Positions 11,751 through 24,547 of a DNA stretch of 64,000 nucleotides are shown here, one piece after another. Position 1 is the stretch's first letter; the number at the start of each line of letters is the position of its first letter. Source of the stretch: Sphyrna mokarran. Its lineage: Eukaryota. The position numbers and the translations under genes are program-made. The notes beneath the pieces are model-generated. The model was not told the origin of the DNA. It saw only the letters and a program-made list of their open reading frames with translations, and made no database searches. Location of the stretch: the NCBI GenBank assembly GCA_024679065.1, contig JAGIQG010000017.1:33418001-33482000 (forward strand), written 5' to 3'.

Positions 11751-14090
11751 ATGACACATCATATTGGAGTATCATCACGTACTGTGTAATTGGATTTAAC
11801 GCACGAGTATTTGTGAGCAGAGTTATGCGGTATGGCATTTCATACAAACAGAAAAGCTACAACTGGGGCAGATTAATAATATTGTAAAGAATCGGGAGGA
11901 GAAAGAATCTTCAGAGAAGGAACTTTCATATGTTTGATTAGATTAAAGAACTAAATTAGGATCGTACATAAATGTTAAAGAGGGACAACATATAAGCTTA
12001 TTTGCTGCTAGCTGGCAAGCCAGCTGTAAGAAGATAATCAGCCTATGGGATCCAAAAACTAATTTATCCATGCACCTAGAATGACTCCAGTATAGTTCTG
12101 TTCAGATAATGCTCAAAACAGTTGAGTATTTTTACCCTATTATCAATCAGCGGGCCTCTTAATATACTAGGTTAGAACTGGGAACTTGATCTGTGAACGA
12201 TAGAAATTGTATGTACCATTTTAAAGAGTCCTTGCTTATATAACCATTTTCTATTTCTTTATTCTGCAATATTGTACTACAATACTTTCAATATTGACAT
12301 GATCAGACAATATGTAATTTGATATCAAATCCGAATTGAATAACAAAAAAGATTGCCTTGATGGTTTAAAGGCAATAATCTGCTCTTCCAGGCAACAACA
12401 GATTCTTGCATTGGTCGTTTACCATAGCAACCATTTCTGCAGAGATTTAAGCAATGTGTGAGCACATGTCCCATACTGGGGAATTGAGGTTAAGCCAACC
12501 AATTGAAGAATTTCCTGCTGCAATGCATAACATTGTCAATCAGAGCTACAAAACATGCAAGAAACTTATTTATTTCCTGAAGAAAACAGGCATATATCCA
12601 TCCACCTTTTAAAAAATTGCATCCAGCTTCACCTCAGCCTGAGGAAACTACAGAACAAATCACTGTGTTGGCCTGTCTCATTGGGATAGACTCAATCATG
12701 ACAAGATCTGATCGGTTGAGTGTGAAGGGATAGTCAAGAGCCAACGTATGGAACTACAGGTATGATCAAATCAACATTTAAATTGAGCAAGCTGTTTATC
12801 CTCATATCAAGGAAAGATGGCTATGGGGAATTTGAGTAAGTGCCTATTTAACCTTAAATAATTGTTTTCAGATTGTTTAATGGAAAAAAAAATCTGTTAT
12901 GAATTGGCATCTGTTAACAAAATATAGTGATAAATGGGTTTTATGGTCATTAGCTACTATCAGTGATAGGGCCCTGATAATTCCATGTGGCTTAATATCA
13001 TTACAAATCTTCCATTGTGCACCTTATTAACACCTTTCAAAAATCCACTGCATATTTACTACATTTTCTTGATTATATATAGAGCCCTCAAAGTGTATTT
13101 GTGACTGCAAATACGAAAATTCAGTTAATAATATGCTTATTGGGAAAAACTAGTCAGAAGCAAAGGAGATTAAAAAGGATTACATTTCCCTGAAACTTCC
13201 AGAATTTTCCTTAAGAGAGGAAAACCTACAACACACATACGCAAAGACTAGCTATGCTAATGAAGCAGATGTTAACTTCCCTGGTCCCTTCACTGCATGT
13301 TGTGTCCACAGAGCCAGAAGTGCATTCATTTGGAGGGATATCTGGAGAAGTGGGCCTCAGACCCTGTGCCTGGACCTGCTCAAATCACAGGTCAGAAAGG
13401 GACTGGCAGCAAAAGTAAACCTAGGGACCCTTTTTTATTTGCAGGAGCAGGGATCAGCACTAGGGAGTGTCTGCTTTCTCAGCCGCAATAATCCTGTATT
13501 GGTATTTCTGCATGCAAGATTTTTCCAGAGGGAAGGCCTCCAACAGAACTCAAATGCCGATAGGTTCAAGTCACCAGGCAGACACTCTGTCTGCCTGCCA
13601 CCAAGCAAGGGAAGATAGGAAAATTGGTCTCGGTAACTATTATGTAACAGTTCTGTACATTTTTCACAAAAATAATAGGGATGTCTTCATATCTGCCACA
13701 GTTAGGGACTCCAATTCTACATTCTTATGCTTTACCAGTAGAATTCCCTAATATTGGAAACATTTTAATTAAATGTATTTCTTTTAGCACAAAAGGTCAA
13801 ATTAGGAAGCAAAGGATATTTTTGTAAAGATCTGTCAGAAGACATAATTCTCTCATTTTTACATTACTGCCCCACATTCCAGCATTCCAGTCATTCAGAA
13901 CTGGGTCAGCAGTAAGATGTTACGTACTATTATGCAATACTTAGCAATGAAATGGGGTGAGTGGTCTGCCTTGAAAGCAGTCTGTGCCTGCTTTCCCTGC
14001 CTTCCTACCCTGGATCATTCTAACCTGTCAGAATCAGTACACTGCCTATTAGTTGTTCAAAATGGCACTATTTTAGCAATTTGTTGTGGT

Positions 14091-15354
14091 GGAGGTGATG
14101 GCCCAGTGGTATTATCGCTAGACTTTTAATCCAGAAACTCTGGATTAAATGTTTTGGGCACCCGGCTTTCAAACATGTATGGCAATTGATGGAATTTGAA
14201 TTGAAGAAAAACATCTGGAGTTAGGAAACTATAGGCGACCATGAAACCATTGCCAATTGTCGGAAAAACCTATCAGGTTCACTAATGTCTTTTAGGGAAG
14301 AAAATTTGCTGTTGTAGAGACATAGAGATTTACAGCATGGAAACAGGTCCTTCGGCCCAACTTGTCCATGCGCCCTTTTGAAACTCCTAAGCTAATCCCA
14401 ATTGCCTGCATTTGGCCCATATCCTTCTATACCCATTGTACCCATGTAACTATCTAAATGCTTTTTAAAAGATAAAATTGTACCTGTCTCTACTACTACC
14501 TGACAGCTTGTTTCAGACACTCACCACCCACTGTGTGAAAAAATTGCCCCTTTGGACACTTTTGTATCTCTCCCCTCTCACCTTAAATCTACGCCCTCAA
14601 TTTTAGATTCCTGCACCTTTGGGAAAAGATACTGACTATCTACCTTTTCTATGCCCCTCATTATTTTATAGACCTCCATAAGGTCACTTTTCAGTCTCCT
14701 ATGCTTCAGAGAAGAAAATCCCAATCTATTTAGTCTCTGCTTATAACTCAATCCAACAAGTTCCGAAAACATCCTAGTAAATCTTTTCTGCACTCTTTCT
14801 AGTTTAATAATATCCTTTCTATAATAGGGTCACCAGAACTGCACCAAGTGTGGCCTTACCGGTATCTTGTACAACTTCAACAAAATGCTCCAACTCCTGT
14901 ATTCAATGTGCTGACCAATGAAACCAAGCATGCCAAATGCCTTCTTCACTACTCTATCCACCTGTGACTCCACTTTCAAGGAGCAATGAACATATACCTC
15001 TAGATCTCTTTGTTCTATAACTCTCTCCAATGCCTACCAATAACTGAGTAAGACGTGGTTCAATGTATAAAAATGCATCATCTTGCAGTTGTCTAAATTA
15101 AACTCCATCTGCCATTCATCAGCCCACTGGCCCAATTGAGCAAGATCCTGCTGCAATTGGAGATAACCTTCCTCATTGTCCATCATGCCACCTGTCCTTA
15201 ACCAGTCTGGCCTAGATATAACTGCAGAGCCACAGCAATGTGGTTGATTTTCAATTGTCCTCTGAAATGGCTTAGCAAGCCACTCAGATCATAGGGCAAT
15301 AAGGGATGGGCGATAAATGCTGGACAACTTGTCCCACAATTGAATTTAAAAAAA
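14091..15354 (+). mobile_element. Shark tRNA-derived SINE, split by a CR1 insertion (14091-14312 + 15192-15354)
   Basis: Head ggaggtgatggcccagtggtattatcgctagac. The body breaks at aaatttgctgt and resumes ctgtccttaaccagtctggcc...agggcaataagggatgggcgataaatgctgg. Confidence 0.85.
14313..15191 (-). mobile_element. 5'-truncated CR1 LINE with 4-bp target duplication (ctgt)
   Basis: ORFs 14830-15030 (QRDLEVYVHCSLKVESQVDRVVKKAFGML...VRPHLVQFW) and 14578-14793 (QKRFTRM...RLKSDLMEVYKIMRG) match the CR1 ORF2 C-terminus. ctgt occurs at 14309-14312 and 15192-15195. Confidence 0.9.
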
Positions 15355-16511
15355 GACAAGTACTTGGAGCATTAGCGGTGGAATATGACAATCGGTTGAT
15401 TATGTTTGTATAACTTGCTCCAGCATTGTGGACTACATGCATCACACCCCAACAATCATATTGGAGAAGTTATGAGATATTTTTTAAATGGATCAGTTCC
15501 TGACCACAAGCCAACTGAAGTGAGATCAGTGATTTGATGGTAACAAATTTGTTCCTGCAGAATGCAGATGAAAGGACAGTTCAGGTATTCTCTTTTCCTT
15601 TAGTGATCAGGAACTCTATTATGATTTTCACATGCTATTAGACAAGACAAGAAGTCTGAAGGATTTTCTATAGCTCCCTCAGATTATAGACTTCCATGTT
15701 TTTCATTTTGATGGTTACCTACTGAGAATTTGTTGCACCTCAATACTGTTGGTGTAACAGCTGTAATTGCAGTATCTCTAATGTTGCTTTCATTATTGAA
15801 AACTCAGTGATTGACCTAGACAAAGTGAGTTGAGATGATCAGTGGAGTGCTAAACTTCCATAATCCATGTTATATATTTAAGTGGTTGCATGATTGCTTT
15901 AAAAGACGGTTACATGATTTGGTGATGATGTCATTAGCACATTTCACAGGCTTCTGCCTTAGATTCATTTTCTATTCTTTACAGACAAACAGCTCCTACA
16001 AAAAAACCATTGTTGTTACTTTGAATCTACATGTGCAAGACACATATTTTTCTTTTTGTTTAAAACTCACAACTCTTAACATAGTTAAGACATTACAATC
16101 CATTTTTATATGAGGGGCTATATGAAAGTTATAGTGTGTAGCTTTAATTTTACTTTCCCTGAAATGCTAACCTTGCCTGAATGAGAAAAGGAATTAAGTA
16201 ATTAGCGACATATATATTTATATTCAGTTTTTTAAACTGAAGTGACAATGTCATGATTTACTACTTCTGGCTGGAACATGAATAACCCTTGAACCTTAAG
16301 GAATGCAGGGTCTCCACATTAATAGCTTTATGAGGTTGTGTTGCAGGTAGGGAGAATCCCTGTTGATAATGCATGTCAGAAAAGATAGTCTATGTGCTGC
16401 CCACAATGATTGAAAATTATAGATACTGCACACTCAAATATTTAATAGCCAGTGGTAATGGAGATTTTCCCTGACAATCTGCTAAATATGCTGGAGATGT
16501 TGTACTTTGTA

Positions 16512-16866
16512 GGTGGCACAGTGGTTAGCACTGCTGTCTCATAACGCCTGGGACTGGTTTGATTCCAGCTTTGGTGACTGTCTGTATGGAGCTTACATGT
16601 TCTCCCTATGTCTGCGTGGGTTTCCTCCAGTGTCCTTCCACAGTCCAAAGATGTGCAGATTTGGTGGATTACCCATGCTAAGTTGCCCCTTAATGTCAAA
16701 AATGAGTACCCTACGTACACTGGCCATGGTAAGTGAATGGGGTTATAGGAATAGGGCTGGGGAGGGGGTGTGTGGGAAGGTGGGCATGGGGAGGATGGTC
16801 TTTCAGATAGTTGGTGCAGAGTCAATGGGCTGAATGGTCTCCCTTGACACTGCAGGGATTCTATGG
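16512..16866 (+). mobile_element. HE1/V-SINE, CR1-type tail
   Basis: ggtggcacagtggttagcactgctgtctca head, V domain, tail ...cactgcagggattctatg. Confidence 0.9.
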
Positions 16867-17229
16867 TTTCCCATCGTACTCATTGCAGTGAACTTTGTAA
16901 GTTATTGGCAAAGAATCTTTGCCATGCAGACTTGGAAATCCATATGATCCACAATTTTCTGATCCTTAACTGCAAATATTTATGAAATCATCTTGATTCT
17001 GTTGACTTTATCCTGTACATGGGCATGTGCTCCTTGAATATCTAATTTAAATTTGTTCTTGGGACATTCATCGTCTATCTGTAATTTCTCTGAAGACGTG
17101 GCCCTCAGTTTATGCTGATGCTACTTCCATGATGCTGCTTAGTAAGAAACACCAGCACTTTGCCAAAATGACAATGATGGGGAATGAACTGAGTGAAATG
17201 AGGAGGCAACGCTGTTTGAATGTTCCTGC

Positions 17230-17620
17230 TGATTTTGCCCTTCTTCATGGGAGAGATCATTTGCTGTGAAATGCTGCTAAACTGAGCTCAGCAAGTAACT
17301 TCAGCACATCCTGTGGGTTTTACAAACTGTAGCTGTAGTTTGCTGGTTGGAAAAAGGGTGAATATTGCATCTAATCGCAGTGACACCAATTGAATGTTTT
17401 GGTTTGTTCTGAAGAGTTTCAGCATCGTCAATGTTGCTGCAGCTGCGTCCAATCAAGCAAGGATTCCACCAGATTCTTGACACAAGGTCTGTACCTGACA
17501 AATTTTAAGGCGTCAGAGGATGAGTCACGCTCTGCAGAGTACTTGCTTTCTTCCCTGCTTCAATATCCATGTTGCTAACATAGCTGGTCAGTGATGACTC
17601 TCAGAAGATTGATAGTTAGG
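17230..17620 (-). mobile_element. Old fragment of the LINE family at 58160-59060
   Basis: Colinear weak similarity to 58410-58810 (e.g. tgttgctgcagctgc vs tgttgctggagctgc; gtcagaggatgagtcac vs gtcaggaggtaagttac). Confidence 0.45.
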
Positions 17621-17726
17621 AGCTTCATTCCCTTTGCTTTCATTCACCTATCAACCTAATCCTGAATGTGGATGTTAGGAAGAACTTTAAATCCCTCCAT
17701 CTGGCAAAACGGGTGTTTAGATTTCA

Positions 17727-17830
17727 GCTCTGATGAGGGGTCACCCAGACTCAATGTGTTAGCCCTGTTCTCTCTTCACAGGTGCTGCCAGACTTGCTGT
17801 GATTTACCAGCATTTTCTGTTTTTGTTTAA
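17727..17830 (+). mobile_element. Penelope-like terminal fragment with decayed hammerhead-ribozyme core
   Basis: ctgatga (17730-17736), then a gggtc/gactc stem, then ...tctctcttcacaggtgctgccagacttgctgtgatttaccagcattttctgtttttg. Confidence 0.65.
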
Positions 17831-18014
17831 AATTTCCTGTCTGTGGCTATTTTATCGCAATTACTTTTTGCTGAGTTGTTTGCCTGACTCTGCTATCACT
17901 AATGCATTAAAATTGAGGTCCCATCCCCGATAGGACTAATAACCATAACACCCATTCACACCATCAAATGTCTTTTCAGAGAAGAACTGCTTTCATACAG
18001 GAGAGATGTAGACA

Positions 18015-18268
18015 GTAGTTTCCACATGGATCAATGCTGGCATTGTTGCATGACTCAACAAACTAAATGAGTGATCTGGACTCCTGCCTTGGAGGCACAG
18101 TAACAAAGCTTGCAGGTGATACAAATATAGGAAATGACTGTGATAAGAATCACAAATAATTTCAGGAGGACATCATTGATGGTTTGAAAGGATGAATGTT
18201 AGTTGAAACTTCAGCTGGGGATATATGAGATGGTACATTTGAACAGGAAGAATAAAAATAAACATAAA
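18015..18268 (+). mobile_element. Old CR1 RT fragment
   Basis: Translates FPHGSML...SDLDSCLGGTVTKLAGDTNIG...FQEDI (decayed PQGSVLG and KFADDT motifs). Confidence 0.55.
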
Positions 18269-18269
18269 A

Positions 18270-19340
18270 GGGGCAATTCTCCCAAAAAAGTTCCAAGTGC
18301 TGAATTCGCAGGAGAAAGAACTGATATAAATCATAATTATTTGTTCAGTGGGTGTTCACACTGAAATCTCCCCACTCTGCGCAATGCAGAGGTCCCAATC
18401 GTGAATATTATTAAAAGCTTGGGGGGGTGCCTATTCACGCTGGAGTCTGACAGTTTCGGAATTCTGCACATGTGCAGTGACACCAAACCTGCACTTTGCT
18501 GGCCAGCTTAATCACTAGCCCGCCCGTGACCCTCACAATGCTGCCCCCCCCACCCCACTGCCCCCATGGCCTGATCGTGGCCCTCCATCCATTCGTAGGC
18601 CGTTCCCAACACCTCCTAGGCTGGACCATCTGTTCTCCAGCCTCTCCCCATCATGATCCCCCAAATTACTTCTACCCTGTCTGATACTCTGACAATGGAA
18701 GGCAGATATCTTCTTCACCCCAGACGATGCCCCTTCCCTCACAGGAGGCAGAACCTCCTGGCAGACTACCCCCCCCCCCCCCCAGCCCACCGTGATTGCT
18801 GGCCTTTCTCCAGTCCCCACCAATCCCCATGCAGAGTGGCAACTGGACCCTCACCCACTGAATGCCTCTAAGCCCCACCCTGTAGGCCCCTGTCCTCTAA
18901 GTCCCACGACCTTGGCACTGCTGGATACCTGCTGGGCAGTGACAAGGTGTCCTCTGGGCATTGGCACTTTGCCCCTTGGGCAGTGTCAGGGAGCAAAGGC
19001 TGTGCCCCTGGGGGCCCTATTTGACAACCCCCTTCACTGCAGCAGGGTCTCTCACTAGTTTCCCAAAAATGAAGAGCTACTCCATTCCACTTATCTGATC
19101 TATAAGGGAATTAAGGGTTATGGGAAGCAGGCAAGTAAGTGGAACTGATCCATTTCAGATCAGACATGATCTTATTGAATGGTGGGGCAGGCTCTAAGGG
19201 CTAGATGGCCTACTCCTGCTCCTATTTGTTATGTTCTTATGTACTCCTAAAGCCCGCCAGAGTGAAAGCGTACTGATGGAGCAGCAGGTAATATGGAGCT
19301 TAGAAACTTCAGTCCCAGGCCCGATAATGACATTCAAATA
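18270..19340 (+). mobile_element. GC-rich non-autonomous DNA transposon (same family as 47322-48331), interrupted and truncated
   Basis: Starts ggggcaattctcccaaaa. 18270-18525 is a diverged reverse complement of 48075-48331 (gagtctgaca, ccagct.aatcact, gcagaggtcc). Confidence 0.7.
19084..19241 (+). mobile_element. CR1 3' UTR fragment with 6-bp target duplication (tactcc)
   Basis: aagggaattaagggttatggg...gatggcctactcctgctcctatttgttatgttcttatg. tactcc occurs at 19078-19083 and 19242-19247. Confidence 0.8.
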
Positions 19341-20830
19341 CCCGACATGCTCAACTTCTGCTCCATTTCTGGGATCAACCTAATGAACCTTTTCTGGATT
19401 TCCTCCAATGCCAGAATACTTTCCATTGATAAGGGGACCAAAACTGTTCACAGGATTCAAGGTGTCGTCTTATGTAGTCTTAGCAGGAGTTCCCTATTTT
19501 TATGTTCCATTCCCCTTGAAATAAAGGCCAACATTCAATTTGCCAATTACCTGCTGAACTTGCATGCTAAGTTTTTTGTGATTTATGCATAAGGATTGCC
19601 AATCCCATTCAGCTGTTGCTTTCTGCAGTCTTTCTCCATTTAAATTATATTTAGCTCCTTTATTATTCTGACCAAAATGCATAACTTCACATTTTCCTCC
19701 ATTAAATTCCATATGCCAAATTTTTGCCCACTCAGCTAACCTGTCTATATCCCTCGATAAACCTTTTCACATGTTTTTGTGTCGTTTGCGATCGTACATT
19801 CACTGCTTTGTCCAAATTATTAATATATATTGTAAATAATTGTGATCCCAGCACTGATCGCTATGGCATTCCACTAGTGACAGGTTACCATCCTGAAAAT
19901 GCTCCTCTTATCTCAACTCACTGTCTTAGGTAGCCAACCCTCTATCTATGCTAATATAGTAGCCCTCAAACCATGATCTTTTTTCTGTTGTAATACCTTA
20001 ACACACACCTTTTGGAAGTCCAAATATATTTACCTTTTTCCCTTTACCTATATCTGCTCATTACCACCTCAAAGAATCAGGCATGATTTCCCAGTCATAA
20101 AGCCATGCCGATGCTGCTTGATTATATTTTGTTTTTCTAAATACTGTGTTATTACATCCTTTATAGTGGACTGTAACATTTTCCCAATGACAGATTTAAT
20201 TAACTGGCCAATAGTTACCTGTTTTTTGTCTCCTTCCCTTTTTGAATAAGGGTGTTACATTGGCAATTTTCCAATCTTCTGGAACTTATCCAGAATTTAA
20301 GGATCCTTGGCAAATTGATAACAGTATGTTCATTGTCTACTATCTTTAATATCCTAGGATGCAATCCATCAGGTCCAAGGGACTTATTGGCTTTTAGTCC
20401 CATTAGTTTCCCTAGTATTTTTTCTAGAGTGATGGTTTGTGTATTTATTTCTTCCCCTTACCCCTTGATTATTTAGTATTTTTGGAATGTTATTAGTTTC
20501 TTCTATCATGAAGACCAACACAATGTATTTATTTATTTTCTCTGTCATTTCCTAGTTTCTCATTATTATTTTCCTAGTCTCATTCTCTAAGGGGTCTATA
20601 TTCACTTTGACCTTTCTCTTCCTCCTTATATATTTAAAGAAGTTCTTATTGTCCATTTTATATTACTTGCTAGTTTTCTCCCTTTTTTTTGGTCATCCTT
20701 TGTTGGTTTTTAAAACTTTTCCAATCCACTGGCTTCCCACTAATCTTCACCATATTTTATGTTTCTTTTCAGTTTAATACTATCCTTAACTTCCTTGGTT
20801 GATCCACATTGATTTAATTCCCTTCCTAGG
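19340..20830 (-). mobile_element. Decayed CR1 LINE ORF2
   Basis: ORFs 20215-20403 (GLKANKSLGPDGLHPRILK) and 19500-19712 (MEFNGGKCEVMHFG...YNLNGERL). Confidence 0.9.
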
Positions 20831-21033
20831 ATCCTCATTGAGATCTATCTTTGTTGTGAGTTGTGAACTGTGTTCATGTGTTGTGTACAGTAACGAAAGC
20901 TGTGGCATTCTACATATCCCAGGGATCCTCACTCTCCAGGAAGCTCTGAGCTGGGCTGTCATTCACATACCTATTGCAAACTAGTCTACATGGGATTCTT
21001 GACCCACCTGCAACAAGTTTCACAGATACATCT

Positions 21034-21330
21034 AAAGTTTAAAGCTCATTTATTAGTGTCACAAGTAGGCTTACATTAACACTGCAATGGAGTTACTGTG
21101 AAAAGCTCCCAGTCACCACACTCCGGCGAATGTTCGGGTACACAGAAGAAAAACTTAGCATGACCGATGCACCTAACCAATACATTGTTTGGACTAGGAG
21201 GTAACTGGCGCATCTGGAGGAAACCCACACAGACACAGGGAGAATGTGCAATTCAGCACAGATAGTGACCCATGCTGGGGATCAAACCTGGGCTCCTGGC
21301 TCTGTAAGGCAGCAGTGCTAACCACTGTGC
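21034..21330 (-). mobile_element. V-SINE, alternative-tail variant
   Basis: tttattagtgtcacaagtaggcttacattaacactgcaatg tail, V-domain reverse complement and gcagcagtgctaaccactgtgc head. Confidence 0.9.
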
Positions 21331-21789
21331 TTCTCCTCTCTATTCTGCGTAGGCTGTTTACACTCATGATAAAAAACAACACATAAAACCTCAGAGTATC
21401 TGAGTTAATGTATCTAGTTAATGCAAGAGGTTTTGATACTGATCCTCAACACCAACTACAGAAAATGTCAAGCATCAGTTCGTGATCACACAGCACATTG
21501 CAACCAACGGTAGCTCCATGATGGAAATAAATGGAAAAAGACCAAAATGTGAAAAGTAGGCATTGCTGAGGGAAAAGTAATGTGCAACATATATACTGCA
21601 ATGAAGGACAGTGTATTTGCTCCATTTTCACAGCGATGGATGTTTTTCATGTGAGAAGAAGTTCTGGTTTAAGGTTGACCCTTACTGAAAACCTGACCTC
21701 TTAAGATTTTTTCACCATTGATAGCTTTGCTTGTTTCGAGATACTTTAACAAGTCCACCTCACTTGCTCTGCCTATTCACACAAAATCA

Positions 21790-21878
21790 AAAGACAGCAG
21801 ATGTTGGAAATTAGGAATGAAAACAGAAGAATCTGGAAATACTCAGAAAGTCAGGTGGCATTTGCGGAGAGAGAAAAA
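21790..21878 (-). mobile_element. Penelope-like terminal fragment
   Basis: gcagatgttggaaa...aaaacagaagaatctggaaatactcagaaagtcaggtggcatttgcggagagagaaa, same family as 5978-6110. Confidence 0.55.
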
Positions 21879-22104
21879 TACGGATGTTGGGAGGAACTTT
21901 CAGAACATTTTGGCGCTGGGTTTAAAGGTGAGATCCTGGAGATACAGCCAAAAAGTGCACCAGCCACAAAGACGTCCCCACCTCCCTACATTGTTACAGG
22001 AGGCTTCTACAGACCAAGTGACCAATAGCCAGTTGTGGGGTTGAATCAGCAAGAATTTTCCCCAGCTTTTCTTATCTTTCCAGAGTTGAACAGGATCTCT
22101 GCAG

Positions 22105-22328
22105 TTTTTATAGTCACCATAGTTTCAGAAGACCATAGGCTGTCTCCCCTCTGAGGTAAAGAAATGACTGGTGGTGATTTAACCCAAGGATCATCACAAC
22201 TTTGAGGGGCAAGCTTGAGAAGGCAGGGCCTTCTTGGATAATCTCAGCCAGTACTGAATTGAACCCGCACTGTTGGCATCACTCTGCATCACAAACCAGC
22301 TGTCCAGCCAACTGAGCTAAACTGATTT
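22105..22328 (-). mobile_element. tRNA-derived SINE (third family)
   Basis: Reverse complement has A-box tttagctcagttgg and B-box gggttcaattc, followed by ggccctgccttctcaa...ttaaatcaccaccagtca...agcctatggtc. Confidence 0.75.
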
Positions 22329-22829
22329 CCGACCAATCCCTGCAGAATGCATAACATGTCAGCTCAAAGGGAGTGAGTGCACAGCAGCAGGTCTTGGCCG
22401 CTTGATACTTAATGCAATCTGACTTTTACTTGCTGAAAATTAAAGGCAATGATCATCTGCAGGCACAGGGGACTGCTGCTGCTGAGAGTAATCGGGTCAA
22501 AGAGAAGCTTTCCGATGCCTTGAACTCCATCTTCCTTTTCTCCTATTGCTCTCCCGTGTGCCTCAGTTATTGTAGCTGCTCTCTCACCACTGTCATTGGT
22601 GTCTCTCACCACTGTGAGGCAGGCTGCCTCACACCTCAGGCCCTGATTGATCCTCCCCCTTCCTCTTTCACCCACCATCTCTAATTGAACAGTGATCCCA
22701 GGGTGGGTTCTTAACAAACTGCCTCCCACAAGATGACAATTGAACTCGCTCTCCTGCTATGAACCAGGTGGAAACCGTGAATCATACTGCGCTGGGATAT
22801 TTTCAGAGTCTGGAAGATTCAGCCCAGTG

Positions 22830-23325
22830 TTTCAAAGGGTCATGAATGTAGCCCAATCCATCACACAAATCAGCCTCCTATCCATTAGACACTGTCTACA
22901 CTTCCTGCTGCCTCAACAAAGCAGCCAGCATAATCAAGGACTCCACACACCCCGAATATGCAGTCCTACATCTTCTTCCGTTGAGAAAAAGATATAAAAG
23001 TCTGAGGTCATGTATCAACTGACTCAGAAATAACTTTTTTTGTAAAGTTTATTTATTAGTATCCCAAGTAGGTTCACATTAACACTGCAATGAAATTTCC
23101 ATGAAAATTCCCTTCCCTGCTGCCATTAGACTTTTGAATGGACCTACCTTTTATTAAGTTGATCTTTCTCTATGTCCTAACTATGACTGTAACATTACAT
23201 CCTACACCCTCTCCTTTCCTTCTCCCTATATGCTATATAAATGGTATGCTTTGTTTGCATAGCACGCAAGCAGCAATACATTTCACTGTATCCCAATATA
23301 TGTGACAATAATAAATCAAATCAAA
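22830..23325 (+). mobile_element. Rex1/Babar LINE 3' end (interrupted at ~23040-23112)
   Basis: Translates FQRVMNVAQSIT...KAASIIKDSTHP...LLPLRKRYKSLRS...LRNNF/FPAAIRLLNGP, the typical Rex1 C-terminus. Tail tgtgacaataataaatcaaatcaaa. Confidence 0.8.
23044..23112 (-). mobile_element. Tail-only fragment of the alternative-tail V-SINE
   Basis: aaagtttatttattagtatcccaagtaggttcacattaacactgcaatgaaatttccatgaaaattccc, inserted within the Rex1 coding remnant. Confidence 0.8.
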
Positions 23326-23396
23326 AAGTTGATTGCTGATCAGGAATTCAGAAGTTTATCAACTTGAAATGTTAACTCTGGTTCTTCACTCAGATA

Positions 23397-23668
23397 AAGG
23401 GTAATAAACTTAAAACAGAGTTGGGAAGAAACTACTTCACCCTAGGGTTGTGAATCCGTGGAATTCATTACACCAAAGTGTGATGAAAGCTGAGACAGTG
23501 AATAAATTTAAGGAGGAGTTAAACAGATTTTTAATTGGTAATAGGTTGAAGGGTTATGGGGAGAAGGCAGGAAATGGGGATGAGGAGCACGTTAACCATG
23601 ATCAAATGGCAGAGGAGACCCAATGGGCTGAACAGCCTAGTTCTGCTCCTGTATCTTATGAACTAATG
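23397..23668 (+). mobile_element. CR1 3' end
   Basis: ORF 23450-23680 (NPWNSLHQSVMKAETVNKFKEELNRFL) plus 3' UTR ending tcctgtatcttatgaactaatg. Confidence 0.85.
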
Positions 23669-24120
23669 CATAGCCAGTGAGTCTCTATTTCTTCTCTGAA
23701 TCTTAGGACATCAGCATACATTGACAAGTGGTTGGTTATGTGTGATACAGTGAGAAACTCAGTCTGCACTCAACAAACACTGGTATAATTTGTGATATTA
23801 TAATGGCTTGGAATTTGTCATTTGGCCGCTAAAAGCATCCACCATTAGTTAGATTAATGCGTCCATTAATTAGACTTTGCGCCCTTCAGCTAAAATCAGT
23901 CAACCTTGTCACCACCCCGGCAGGTTCTGGTCAGGTTGTAGCAGGGAAATGGGCTGGAAATCTCTGGTCATTCATGCCCTGTCGCCATTACCAGTGAGAA
24001 CGGGAAATTTGGCAAATCTCGGTTCAGTGCTGAGGGACTGTGAAATCCCAGTTGTGAGTGAGGTCGGAGAATCTGGCATAGCGTATCTGGGAGCAGGGTG
24101 AAAGGGTAACCAGCAGAATT

Positions 24121-24490
24121 TCTCCTTCACCAATCAGGCAATGGAAAAGATTGCAAATGAGTGTGGGCCAATTCAATGTCAAATCCAGTACAGAAAAAAG
24201 AAAAGATTGGGAAAAAAAAATTAAATTGTGAAAGAAAAGAAACAGAAAGAAAGAAAAATTAGTTTTTTTTTAAACTTACACGTAAAAAGCTTCCTGTATC
24301 AATTAATACCTGAAGAAATGTGACTTGTAAAAATAAATGTCAATGTCAGACAGGTTGATTGACAGTAATTAACAATAATCACATTGTTTCAAGGATATTC
24401 ACACATGTAGTGATAAGACACCTTTCTGTGGTTTAGTTCATGTCAACCATTCAAACTTTGTGACATTCAATATGCTTCAATTGTGAAGCA
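24121..24490 (+). repeat. Unclassified interspersed repeat, copy B
   Basis: Colinear with 4683-5095. Confidence 0.6.
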
Positions 24491-24547
24491 GGCAACAAAA
24501 CAAAAAGCAAGACAACAAACGGTCTCCCATTAAAAATGGTAGTGCAA

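Noticed and set aside
13270-13640. GC-richer patch with short ORFs
   Set aside because: Probably an eroded DNA-element remnant; no termini, motif or second copy could be established.
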